Assembly (NCBI RefSeq): GCF_006345805.1
Contig: NC_042997.1
Coordinates: 136,958,001 to 137,022,000 of the forward strand
Length of the DNA: 64,000 nucleotides
Direction: 5' to 3'
Source: Octopus sinensis
Lineage: Eukaryota
Part shown: in pieces, positions 38,060 through 49,099 of the stretch
Numbering within the stretch: position 1 is the first letter of the stretch
Layout: each line of letters begins with the position of its first letter
Notes under the pieces: model-generated
Seen by the model: the letters and a program-made list of their open reading frames with translations, nothing else
The model's database searches: none
What the model was told of the DNA's origin: nothing
Program-made: the position numbers and the translations under genes

Positions 38060-38632
38060 CATCGGTCTGGAACCCCTATCTTGCCCAGGATATTAATCGT
38101 CTGGAAACCGTTCAGTGACGTGCAACCAAGAGAATACCCTCCATCAGGCATTTGCCATATTCAGAACACCTTATTTCCCTGGGCATGAATACATTGAAAC
38201 TCTGACGTCTGGCAGCTGACTTGGCAGACACCCATAAAATTATTAACCATCTTACTAACAATAACTCTGAGCACCTTTTCAAACTCCTCCTGTCTAACAC
38301 CCGTGGACATGTTTACAAAGTCAGAAAACAGCACAGCTCCCATGACTTTCGGAAACATTTTTTTATGCTAAGAGTTGCTGAAGCATGGCACAAACTGCTG
38401 GCATCAGTTGTTAGTTGTCGGAGCACTGCATCCTTCAAAACTTCCATGCTTCCTGAGATTCACCAAGACTACACCTGATTTTCTCCCCTCCATACACATG
38501 CAAGCATGTATCTGACTCATACACTGTTCATTTCCCAGACATTTGTACATTACTGCATATGCTTTATACGCACTTTTGACAAGTTGTGGTGTACCTGAGC
38601 ACTGTATACAATAATTTCATTATTATTATTAT
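38060..38632 (+). mobile_element. 5'-truncated copy of the CR1-like LINE at 5680-9750
   Basis: Closely matches 9180-9750, including the 3' UTR and tail. Confidence 0.9.
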
Positions 38633-38753
38633 TTTAAATTTTAGAATTTGTACAATTTAAGGTATTATCTTTAATGGGAGAATTTAAAGATCTTACTACA
38701 ATCCAATGTAACTACAGTTGAAACAACTCTGTTTGCATGTTACTCGACTAAAG

Positions 38754-39621
38754 TAATCACTCACCATATTGTGGTTCACCTATTGTGCCCTTAGTACATC
38801 ACGGATTTTTCTGGCTAATATATATAAATTTATATCGTGCGTTTCTGTAGCCGATAGGTTTTTTTATATTGTTTTAGATTTTAATTATTTCTGTGGCAAA
38901 ATAAGCATTTTCACGCCTAAAAATTAATAAATAAAAATATAGTACAGTACTTACCTGTATAACACATTAATTAAAATATATTAAAAGAAAATATGCAGGA
39001 GTGACTGTGTGGTAAGTAGCTTGCTTACCAACCATATGGTTCGGGGTTTAGTCCCACTCGTGGCATCTTGGGCAAGTGTCTTCTACAATAGCCTCGGGCC
39101 GACCAAAACCTTGTGAGTGGATTTGGTAGACGGAAACTGAAAGAAGCCCGTTGTATATATGTATATATATATATGTGTTTGTGTGTCTGTGTTTGTCCCC
39201 TAACGTCGCTTGACAACCGATGCTGGTGTATTTACATCCCCGTCACTTAGCGGTTCGGCAAAAGAGACCGATAGAATAAGTACTAGGCTTACAAAGAATA
39301 AGTCTTGGGGTCGATTTGCTCGACTAAAGGCGGTGCCCCAGCATGGCTGCAATCATACGACTGAAACAAGTAAAAGAGTAAAAAGAGAGAAAAGTGAGAG
39401 TATACCGTAGATGAGTAAACAAAGAATCACATATGCTGAATGGCAAATGAAACTCGGGAGGGAAGTGTGTGGTGCTGTTGCGCATTTATAATAAAATAAA
39501 TATTTACAAATTATAAAAATAATTAAAAAAATATATACTGTTTCCACTTCGCGGATTTTCACCAATCGCAGTGATAGGGGATTTGGAACGTAATAACCGC
39601 GATAGTCGAGGGATTACTGTA
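38754..39621. mobile_element. Tigger/pogo-like MITE containing a SINE
   Basis: Right TIR reverse complement cagtaatccctcgactatcgcggtt followed by TA; left copy CpG-decayed aagtaatcactcaccatattgtggtt. Confidence 0.6.
38995..39392 (+). mobile_element. SINE family A, well-preserved copy
   Basis: gcaggagtgactgtgtggtaagtagcttgc...aagtaaaagagtaaaaagag. Confidence 0.9.
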
Positions 39622-40164
39622 CTGGCTATTGTATGAAGACTGACATAATTATTTCCCTTTACATAATTACTTTTTCAAATTACTTTTTCAAAATTACTTC
39701 TTCAAAATAAGGCAGACATCCTGGGTTGTGGTGGGGCTGGAAAGTCAGCTGACCCATTTGTTTAACCTACTGTCTTACATTTTACTTAAACAGAAAACAA
39801 TTTGTGTGAATGATTTTCAACAGTTGATTAAGATATTTTGAACAGGTTGACTATCTTACATGACCTAAATTTTATTTCCATTTATTTAACAAACAAAACT
39901 ATGGTGAACTGCAATAGCTTTAATTGTTTTGAGGGAAAAGAACAAATAAAAAAGACAACATTTTATCTTTTATTCTCCATGAATTTCTCTTGTAATATCA
40001 TTATAAAGGCTTTCATATAGCAAATTCAGAAAATCATTTGTATAGAATAGACACTACCCTATTATATGAAAATTTTTAAATATGTTCATATTTTTTGAGA
40101 AATACACATTTACTTTTTTAAACATAAATTCTGAGTACTTTGAGTTTTTTAGCAAATTCTTGTA

Positions 40165-40440
40165 ATATCAGCATCATCATTTAATGTCCATTTTCCAATG
40201 CTGGCATGGGTTGGTTGGTTTGACTGGAGCTGGTAAGGCCACACCAGTCTATTGTGGTATGGTTTCTGTGGCTGGATGCTAACCACTCCACTGTGTGTAC
40301 TGGGTGCTTATTATGTCACCAGCACCAGTATCACTTCTGCTGTGGCAGACAGGTCTTCTTGAATACAGCAAAGCACCAGATATCTTGGTCCCCTATCATC
40401 TCATTTGTAAGGCTCAATGTCTTCAATGTCTTCAATACTT
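40165..40440 (-). mobile_element. Diverged RTE tail element
   Basis: catcatcatttaatgtccattttccaatgctggcatgggttgg. Confidence 0.65.
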
Positions 40441-40714
40441 ATAGTATAATTCTTTGTGTTGTGCTAAATTGACAAGTATCTGTTTCTTGATGGATATAAG
40501 AGCCAATGAAGACACTCATTCTTGAGCCATCATGCATCATATGAATTCTGCTCAAGATTGGGAAGCTTCTTTAGTTTGCAACTGAAATCACAGAGATAGT
40601 CTATAAAAGACGAATTAGACTAACAGTTACGGACTTAACAGACAAGAAACTTGCTTTATGAACTAACATTATTTTACTTGCACTGTTTTAAAATCATTGT
40701 CAATGTAATATATC

Positions 40715-42005
40715 TATGGCAGATGCACAGGGGCAATAAACACTGAAGATGTACAGAAAACAGATTCCATCACATGCCAGAGGAAAAACTAGAAGTAGTT
40801 GATAGCTTCTGCTACCTAGGCGACCAAGTCTGTAGTGGCAGTGGTTGCTCTGGGAGTGCAGTGGCTAGAATAAGAATAGCATGGGCAAAGTTCTAGGAGC
40901 TCCTACCTCTGCTAGCAACTAAGGGCCCCTTGCTCAGGATGAAAGGTAGACTGTCTGATGCATGTGTGTGAACTGCCATGCTACACAGCTGTGAAACATG
41001 GGCCATGACTGCTGAGGACATGCGTAGGCTTGAAAGAAATGAAGCTAGTATGATCTGCTGAGAGAAAAGTTGGACATAAGAAGCATCAAATGTGGTGTGC
41101 AAGAGAGACAACAGTGCTGGTATGGTCATGTGTTATGTATGGATTAGGACAGCTGTGTGAGGAAGTGCTACTCCCTAACCGTGGAAGGAACCTGTGAAAG
41201 AGGTAAACCCAGAAAGACATGGGATGAGGTGGTGAAACATGACCTTCGAACATTGGACCTCACAGAGGCCATGACAGGAGGCCAAGACTTCTGGAGATAT
41301 GCTGAGAAGATCTGGCAACTAAAGTGAAATTGCAGCCATGGCCGATGACAGTGTTGCATGTCTGGTCCATTTAAGAGTACCCTTGATGCATCGGGCAATA
41401 TGATATGCTTGAGAAGACCTATTGAGTGAAGTAAAACCCATATCATATCTGTGGCGATTGTCTCCTGACTGGATCCCATTCTGGTGAAATGTAAAATGCA
41501 TCATCTGAATGTGGTTGATGCCAGTGTCCTCTGGCTGGTTCTTGTGCCAGTGGCATGTAAAAAGCACCATTCGAATGTGGCCGATGCCAGTACCCTCTGA
41601 CTGGCTCTTCAGCTGGTGACACGTAAAAAGCACTATCGAAACATAATCAATGCCAGGGCTGCCCGACTGGCTCCCATGCCAGTAGCACGTAAAAAGCACC
41701 ATCTGAACATGGCCGATGCCAGTACCCACTGACTGGCTCCCATGCCGGTGGCACATAAAAAGCACCATCCGAACATGATTGATGCCAGGCCTGCCTGACT
41801 GGCTCCCGTGCTGGTGGCATGTAAAAAGTACCCGCTACACTCTCAGAGTGGTTGCCATTAGGAAGGGCATCCAGCTGTAGAAACATTGCCAGATCAGATT
41901 GGAGCCTAGTGCAGCTACTGGCTCTTCAGACCTCAGTCAAACCATCCAGCCCATGCCAGCATGAAAAACGGACATTAAACGATGATGATGATGATGATGA
42001 TGATG
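40715..42005 (+). mobile_element. RTE 3' fragment (coding end plus 3' UTR with about 6 repeat units)
   Basis: KLEVVDSFCYLG, MLHSCETW, RGKPRKTWDEVVKHDL; (GAT)n tail. Confidence 0.85.
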
Positions 42006-42829
42006 AACCTCTTTACCAAGGATTTATAAGCAAATACCTTAGGGTATTTGTGCTACAAACTGTCAATATGTTGCATGGAGAATGTATGGACACACACTTC
42101 AAACTTCTTCACAGCAAGTAATTTAAAGAATAAAAATTCTTTGATGTGAGCAAAATGCTTCTTCATTGATAGTAAAATGTTTAGAATTATTTAAAAATAG
42201 ATTGCATTATGGTTCATCTGCTTCCTCCTGGTTCTTTTTGTGGGAAGAACTCCAAGTTATCTAATTGCTTGATGTCTCATACATATATGGATGCATATGC
42301 ACAACTTTATGCATATAAAGATACACGTGCCTACTCGTGTGTGTGCACGTGTGCATCCTGGAAATGAATTTAAACTGAATCCAGCAGTGGGTTCTGGTTT
42401 GAGAGTTTCAGAGTTTTGAGGAGTATGGAACCACCTCTTAGCTCCTACTATTCCCGATCTTCTCTGATCTGGATCAGTAACACCAGAGCCTCAGCAATGG
42501 GTTAACTAGCATGTGTGATGACAATCCATCTGAGCACGAGGACACAGAAATACTCTTGGTTGTGCCCTAAAACTACTGTGAGTGAGAGACACTTTGCTGT
42601 TGTTACATTATCCCTCTAATAGAGGAACACTTGCGGTTTCACTGGTCTCTCACTTCAACCTGTGACCAGGTACTAATCATGGAAACTCAAAGAGTGGGAC
42701 TCATATTGCACAAGCAGTTATGATAATAATCCAGTGATGTACAGATATCTATTTATGGTGACCTCATTTGTCATTCCATGTACTAAAGTCCTATGGTGAT
42801 GGAAGAGTAGTGACATATGCAGATCTAAC

Positions 42830-44100
42830 CAATTGGAAGCACACAATAAGTTGCAACTTTGGTCAGTCATATGTGCTTCAAAACACATGGTTCTGAATAG
42901 TCATCTGAGAGGTTATGGATGGAAAGTCAGAAATGCCAGTGAGAATGAGGAAGCTCAAGGAGACAGCAATCATCTGTGAAGATGGAGCTATTACCATGTG
43001 TGGATGGCTGGATTGGGCCCTGATGCAGTTTGAAACCTTGAAGCAGTTCGGGGCCCTGATGCAGTTTGGGGCCCTGATGCAGTTCGGGGCCCTGATGCAG
43101 TTTGGGGCCCTGATGCAGTTTGGGGCCCTGATGCAGTTCAAGGCCCTGATATTTTATCAGGCCTTGAAATGCATCAGGGCCTCCAGCTACATCAGAGCCT
43201 TCAACTGCATCAAGGCCCTGAACTGTAGCAGGGCCTCGCACTGCATCATGGCCTTGCACTGCATCAGGATAGATGGATGCATGCATGCATGATGGTTTGA
43301 TTCCCTGTGTGCCCACAAAAAATACAAAAGCAGAAACTCCTTCCCTTGAAGAAGCTATAAATGTAAAAATAATAAAAAGTGATAAGTTGCTTAGAATGGA
43401 TAGCCTCTGCACTGAAATCTTGAAATGTGGAAGTGAAAAACCTGCCTTGACATCTAATTTACTGCAAACAGTATCAATCGAAGATAGTATCCCAAATGAT
43501 TTGAATGATGTGCTGATGGTAGTTCTCTATAAAGAGAAAGGTAGGAAGGATGACAGTAGGAATTACTGTGGAGTATCTCTGTTCTCTCTATTGTAGATAA
43601 GGTATTTTGTAGGATCATGTCAAACAGACTTCTCTACAACATAGCTAACAATTTCTTCACAGAGTTTCAGTGTGTCTTCAGAAATGGCAGAGGGACAACA
43701 GATATGATCTTTTCTTTTTGGTAATTTCCAGTAAAATACATTGAGGATCTTGACTAAGGCCTTTGGTACTGTGAAGAGAAATACTTTATGAAACCTTCTG
43801 AGGAAACTTGGGTGCCCTGACATGTTTGTCTCAGTGCTAAGAGGTTTTCATGATGGAATGAAAGTAGGTGTTAACATAAATGGTAAGCTCTCTGAACCAG
43901 TTTTGGTTGAAAATGGTTTTAAGCAAGGGGATATACCAACACCAACTCTGTCCACATTGTTCTTTGCTATGTGTCAAGCATCTATCAGAGGAATATTGGA
44001 TAATATCACTATCATTACTGAACACTATGGCACTTAAAAGTGGATCATCTAGTACACAAACAAGTTGGAATAGTCAACTTGGATATTGACTCTTCCTAGG
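42830..44100 (+). mobile_element. Highly decayed RTE-like RT fragment
   Basis: PSLEEAINVKIIKSDKLLRMDSLCTEILKCG, LYKEKGRKDDSRNYCGVSL, KQGDIPTPTL. Confidence 0.7.
43015..43268. repeat. 18-bp minisatellite with mid-array inversion (palindrome)
   Basis: About 7 units ggggccctgatgcagtt(t/c), centre ttcaaggccctgat-atttt-atcaggccttgaa, then about 6 reverse-complement units. Confidence 0.9.
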
Positions 44101-44699
44101 AGCAATGATATTTGACAAATGTGAAACTACACCTCCCATGTGAACACACTGTAGATGACATATAACAATAGATGAGTGCCTTTGGTAACGTGCAGTGTCT
44201 TATTGACTTATTTATTGTGCTTGGATGATTTATTATTATATACGTGGTAGTTTATAAATATACACAATCTCATTGAAGTTTTACAGGTGTGTGTGTGTGT
44301 GTGTGTGTGTGTGATTCATAGCATCAGGAGGTGGCTAGTGGCATACATAACATGATAGTCTATGCAGTCATAAACACGATTATGTGAGTGATTATCAACA
44401 TATACATATACATGTGCAGCCATGTGTGTGAGGGTACATAAATATGAGCTTCCCTAAGAGTGCATACATAAATGAATATAGAATTCAGGCAGTATTAAAG
44501 TAATAGGTATACACAATTAATTTTCAGGTTGACTTGCTACCTAGAACTCTAACTTGAACTGCAACTAAAAGCAGGGATGTTATAGCTGCCTAACGATAAT
44601 TGGCTATTGGCAGTTTGTCAACTGAGCAAGTACAAATATAACAGAATAAAAGTATTACTTCTTTTTCCTTATGATTTATAAAAACTCAACTCCATCAGT

Positions 44700-45050
44700 C
44701 ACGAATGATCATGGGTGCACCTAAGAGGTTGCTCTCCAGGGTACAAGTCTGAGTGGAAAGTCACCTCACTGGCGAATGCACAACCCAGGGTTGTTTTTAT
44801 GGAAGACTAGCAGTCACCCATGAATACCAATCTCCCCTCTTCACACCACAGATGTTATCCAAGGGAAAGGCAAAGGCTGATACAACTTGGCACCAGTGAT
44901 GTCGCAACTCATTTTTACAGCTGAGTGAACTGAAGCAACATGAAATAAAGTATCTTGCTCAAGAATACAACATGCATCCCGGTCCGGGAATTGAACTCAC
45001 AACCTCACGATCATAAGCTCAATGCTCTAACCAGTGGGCCATATATCTTC
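44700..45050 (-). mobile_element. SINE family C
   Basis: atggaagactagcagtcaccc...gcaacatgaaataaagtatcttgctcaagaa...gaattgaactc...ctctaaccagtgggcc. Confidence 0.8.
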
Positions 45051-45734
45051 ACTATGATTTATACTTGTAAGAACTCAACCCTCATGTTTAAATATATAAA
45101 TGTTATAATGTAACCTGATACCAGTTGTTTGCCTGTTTTTATTTGTATTCTATTATACTTGTAACTGTTCAATTCATAAATGAATATTGTGCGTGTTTAG
45201 AGGCACATATGATGAACAACCAGCCATGGTCTTTCATTTGAATCTGTCTATGAATATACTAACTCATGTCAGTATCTACCAGAATATATATACTTTGACC
45301 CAGATATCATATAGATGTCAATGCAACTTTTATCTGGTTTTCTAATGATGACAGATGCGACAGGTTGTTTATATTCTTGTTGTTATCATAGATATTGTTC
45401 TTATTATTGGTGCTATAATGTCTTGGAGCCATTTTGTTTCCCCTTTACTCTTTACTGTGGATATATACTTATGTGAGCATGTGCATATGTGATTGGGCCT
45501 ACTTGAAAGTGTAGGTGAGCAGACATGGCCTTAAACCTCCTTTTTTTTCATCCTACCATTCTTCTCTCATACAATTCTTATATCTCAAGCTCTAGTACCC
45601 TCCAGTTCTGCTAGACCAGTGCTTCTTAAGCTTTCTGATGTGGTGAGCTGGTAGTATTTTTTCCAATGTAGCAAGTACTGGTAATATTTTTTTAAAATAT
45701 TAATTTATACCAGAAACAATATATATGACGAATA

Positions 45735-45770
45735 CTAGCAGAGACACCCAGCGTTGCTTGGGATTAAAAT
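45735..45770 (-). mobile_element. Helitron 3' terminus
   Basis: Reverse complement cccaagcaacgctgggtgtctctgCTAGt: CpG-decayed hairpin, CTAG end, then T. Confidence 0.6.
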
Positions 45771-45784
45771 GGCATAGCTTTTTA

Positions 45785-45990
45785 TTGTTTTGCTTGTTTT
45801 GGTCATGTGACTGCAGCCATGCTGGAGCACTACCTTTAGTCAAAGAAATTGACCCCAAGATTTATTCTTTGTAAGCCTAGTACTTATTCTATCAGACTGT
45901 TTCGCCAAACAGCTAAGTCTCAGGGATGTAAACACAACAACATCGGTTGTCAAGCAATAGTGGGGGTACGAACATAGACACACATACACA
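45785..45990 (-). mobile_element. SINE family A 3' half
   Basis: cagccatgctggagcac...gaccccaagatttattctttgtaagcctagtacttattctatc. Confidence 0.8.
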
Positions 45991-46229
45991 CACACAAAAC
46001 ACACACACGCATACACACACATATATATACATACATATATATATGTGTATATATATAGATATAAATATACTAGCATTATGACCCGTCATTGCCGGATCAT
46101 AGTGCTAGTGCATGTGTATACATATGTGTACATATTACATGTACATCTATATATATACATCTACACATAAAATACAAAATACAAAGTTATATCTTGATAT
46201 CGCTAGTGATAGCAATACTCAAAATATAT

Positions 46230-46755
46230 AACAGACTGGAATTGTAGGCCCGTCTATTGCAATTTCGATCAATTGTATCTTGCCCTCCCTCTTGTATAGA
46301 AGTGTGGCAACAATCCAGCCTACCTCTACTTCTGGGGGGACATTTTAAATTTTTATCCGGGATGTCCTACGTCCCAGATATAAAGGTAGAAATAAAATAT
46401 TTCCACTTTGCAAGGTTCGAGTCGAGTACTCCCTTGCACGCTCTGTTGACTCGAACCTTGCTTCTATTGTGGCGAATTTACCGCCTCTGGTTAGATACTT
46501 GATATCTTTCATAGTCGCACCAAGACACTTTTCGATGGTGCTTTCCTCCAGGTGTTCAAATCTTTTTTTTTCTCTACATTGTATACTTTATAGACAATAG
46601 TCTCTTCTTTAATTTAATTTTTTATTTCGTTTGGTGGTGTTATTCTAGATTCACCGTCTTTGTCGGTGATCAATCCGAAATAGGTTTGTATTTCTTCCAT
46701 TTTAATTTTAATGAGTTCGCGCCTGCCGACGGCTGCAGCGAAATTCATTTTTGAA
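46230..46755 (-). pseudogene. LINE ORF1-like fragment
   Basis: My translation with frameshifts: MNFAAAVGRRE...IVYKVYNVEK...FATIEARFESTERAREYS...PLYLGRRTSRIKI*NVPPEVEVGWIVATLL; CpG-rich relative to the flanks. Confidence 0.5.
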
Positions 46756-47384
46756 CTTTCTTCTATCAAAGGCATTTTAACAAAAATGCTTCCGTATAAA
46801 CGGTGAAAATATTGTCAATTTCCCCAAACAGGGACACAATTCAATTTTTAAACAATAACCAAAGCTCCTTCCCCCAAAGGGGGAGGGTTACGGTTTACAA
46901 TTATTTAACAAATGCAACACAACAACATTTCCCTTTCGAGGAACCAACAAACGTGATAACAATAGTGAAACAGTAATAATAATAACAACAAACCTTACGG
47001 TGAATCAAAAAGCAGTACGCAGTTGAAGCTATAGTCCTTTATGTATAAGAAATAAACCAACTGCAGTACTCAGTAGAAGCGGCTGTTCGAGAAAACAGAC
47101 ATTACATACAGCCAATCTTCACATAGATACTTAATGCTAGCTAATTAGCAGATAATCTAATGTAAAAGCCGTGGTAAAAGGTATGTGCACAGCTCCATCT
47201 GGACTATTCCATTTCTGCACACTAATTTTATTTTTAATTTATTCCCATTCATGTGAAACCACTTGTTCAAGTCATTGAACCTCTACATACGCCTCTACAC
47301 ACACATATATATATATTTATGTGTGTATATATATATATCTATCTATCTATGTATATATGTATGCATGTGTGTGTGTATATATAT

Positions 47385-47690
47385 CACCGTGATCACCGTG
47401 ACCGACCAGACTATCAGATGTTGCTACACATCGCTGGTCACAATGCGCTTCGCATTGTTTTAGCCTTCAAATGACGCCACCCCCCTGGCTAAGCAAGCAG
47501 GCCAACAGAAGAAAGAGTGAGAGAAAGTTGTGGTGAAAGAGTACAGCAGGGATCGCCACCACCCCAGAGCCTCATGGAGCTTAAGGTGTTTTCGCTCAAT
47601 AAACACTCACAATGCCCGGTCTGGGAATCGAAACTGCGATCCTACAACTGCGAGTCTGCTGCCCTAACCACTGGGCCATTGCACCTCCAC
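47385..47690 (-). mobile_element. tRNA-derived SINE, family D
   Basis: Reverse complement head gtggaggtgcaatggcccagtggttagggcagcagactcgcagttgtaggatcgcagtttcgattcccagacc (A and B boxes). Confidence 0.8.
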
Positions 47691-47761
47691 ACACACACAT
47701 ATATATATATGTATGTATGCATGTGTATATGTATACATATATATGTGTGTATATATATATA

Positions 47762-48850
47762 TCTACTACATATGTGGAAAATTGGTGTGTGTTTGTGGTG
47801 TTGTTAGGTAACTCCTCCTACATCATTTTATTGATTTTGATGAAACTTGACATGCGAGTAGAACTCATGTCTGGAAACCTCATGGCATTCTTACAATGTT
47901 GAAAAAAATCGATAATACAGCCCCTTCTATCTACCTCATATAACTAATTTCTTTTTTTTAAACACCCAAGGAAAATAACCCATAGCACCTGCACAATATT
48001 TTAAAAACAGTCAAGGGAAGTAACCCATTTCATTGTTTAAGTTCAATTACTTTAAATATTGATTTTTGTGTGTGTCCTATTTCTAATCTTTGCAGACAAT
48101 ATCACTTTTATACTTTATTTGACACTTGAGTAGAACTCATGTCTGGAAACCTCGTGACATACTTAGATTGTTGAAAATATCAATAATAGATCATTCTATC
48201 TACTACATATTACTAATATTTTATTTAAACGACCCAAGCGAAACAACCCATACCACCTGCAGATTTTAGCGAAGCGATCAATATTTGATTCTCATGATCA
48301 GCCGACCTAATTCTGCATTTCACTACTCAGTTTTGAGCTGCTAAAAATTATTATTGCACTTCCTTAACTTGAATCTTAAACATTAATGACTTCATTCATA
48401 CATTTCTATACATACATACTTTTTTGAATACCCATTACTCCAATAATTCTGCATTTTTACAGATACACTTTTTCCATGATAGTAGATAAATTTTTTATTC
48501 CACAACATATTTATAGTGGCATCAGGCAGGCATAGCATGGATTCGATTCTTGATAGCCAAATTTCACTCAATACCTCAACAGCGCTTTTCTCACAGTAAA
48601 ACAATAATTTTTCTGTGAATGACAGCAGTTATATATTTCCCAGATGTCTTCGCAAAGCAGAATAATGTCTTTGCCTCTTGCCAACCTCCTACAATCTCTC
48701 CCTCCTCCAGCTGACAGTTTTTTGTACTTTTTAATGATGGAAAGTACACCTTTTGTGGCTATTGTAATGAAATTGCTTTCTTATATCAAAGTAACGAGGT
48801 GTTTCAATAGAACATCTTTACCCCCGGGAATTACCAGGTACACCAGCTAG
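47762..48850 (+). mobile_element. Non-autonomous Helitron (inner) with internal ~270-bp duplication
   Basis: a|TCtactac 5' end, gattttgatgaaacttg motif, 3' cccgggaattaccagg hairpin and CTAG|t; duplicated gagtagaactcatgtctggaaacctc block at ~47855 and ~48127. Confidence 0.7.
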
Positions 48851-48998
48851 TGGGTGCTTTACTGGCAGTATATTGGATATATGTTATCCCATGGTAGGTT
48901 GCACTCACAACCCCTATCTCAATTTGTATATATATAGATGTATATTTATAGATATGTATGTAAATATGTATATATATTGATGTATATATATAGATTTA

Positions 48999-49038
<40 letters not shown>

Positions 49039-49099
49039 TGTATATGTATATATGTGTATATACAGATGTATATATATATGTATATGTACATATTCTTTT

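Larger units (their letters stand above)
46070..48938 (-). mobile_element. Composite non-autonomous Helitron (outer)
   Basis: 5' a|TCTATATATATACAAATTGAGATAGGGG at 48938; 3' hairpin ccggcaatgacggg and CTAG|t at 46070. Pairing these two ends is inferred. Confidence 0.45.

Noticed and set aside
41460-41830. Regularly spaced repeats resembling a CRISPR array
   Set aside because: The whole unit repeats with no unique spacers, it is part of the RTE 3' UTR, and no cas genes are present.
46410-46461. 14-16-bp inverted repeat gcaaggttcgagtc/gactcgaaccttgc as a terminator or att site
   Set aside because: It lies inside the ORF1-like coding fragment, has no U-tract and the context is eukaryotic.
47600-47690. 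tRNA gene-like A/B boxes (also at 12434, 37651, 38995 and 45000)
   Set aside because: These are SINE heads fused to SINE bodies, with no complete cloverleaf or terminator.
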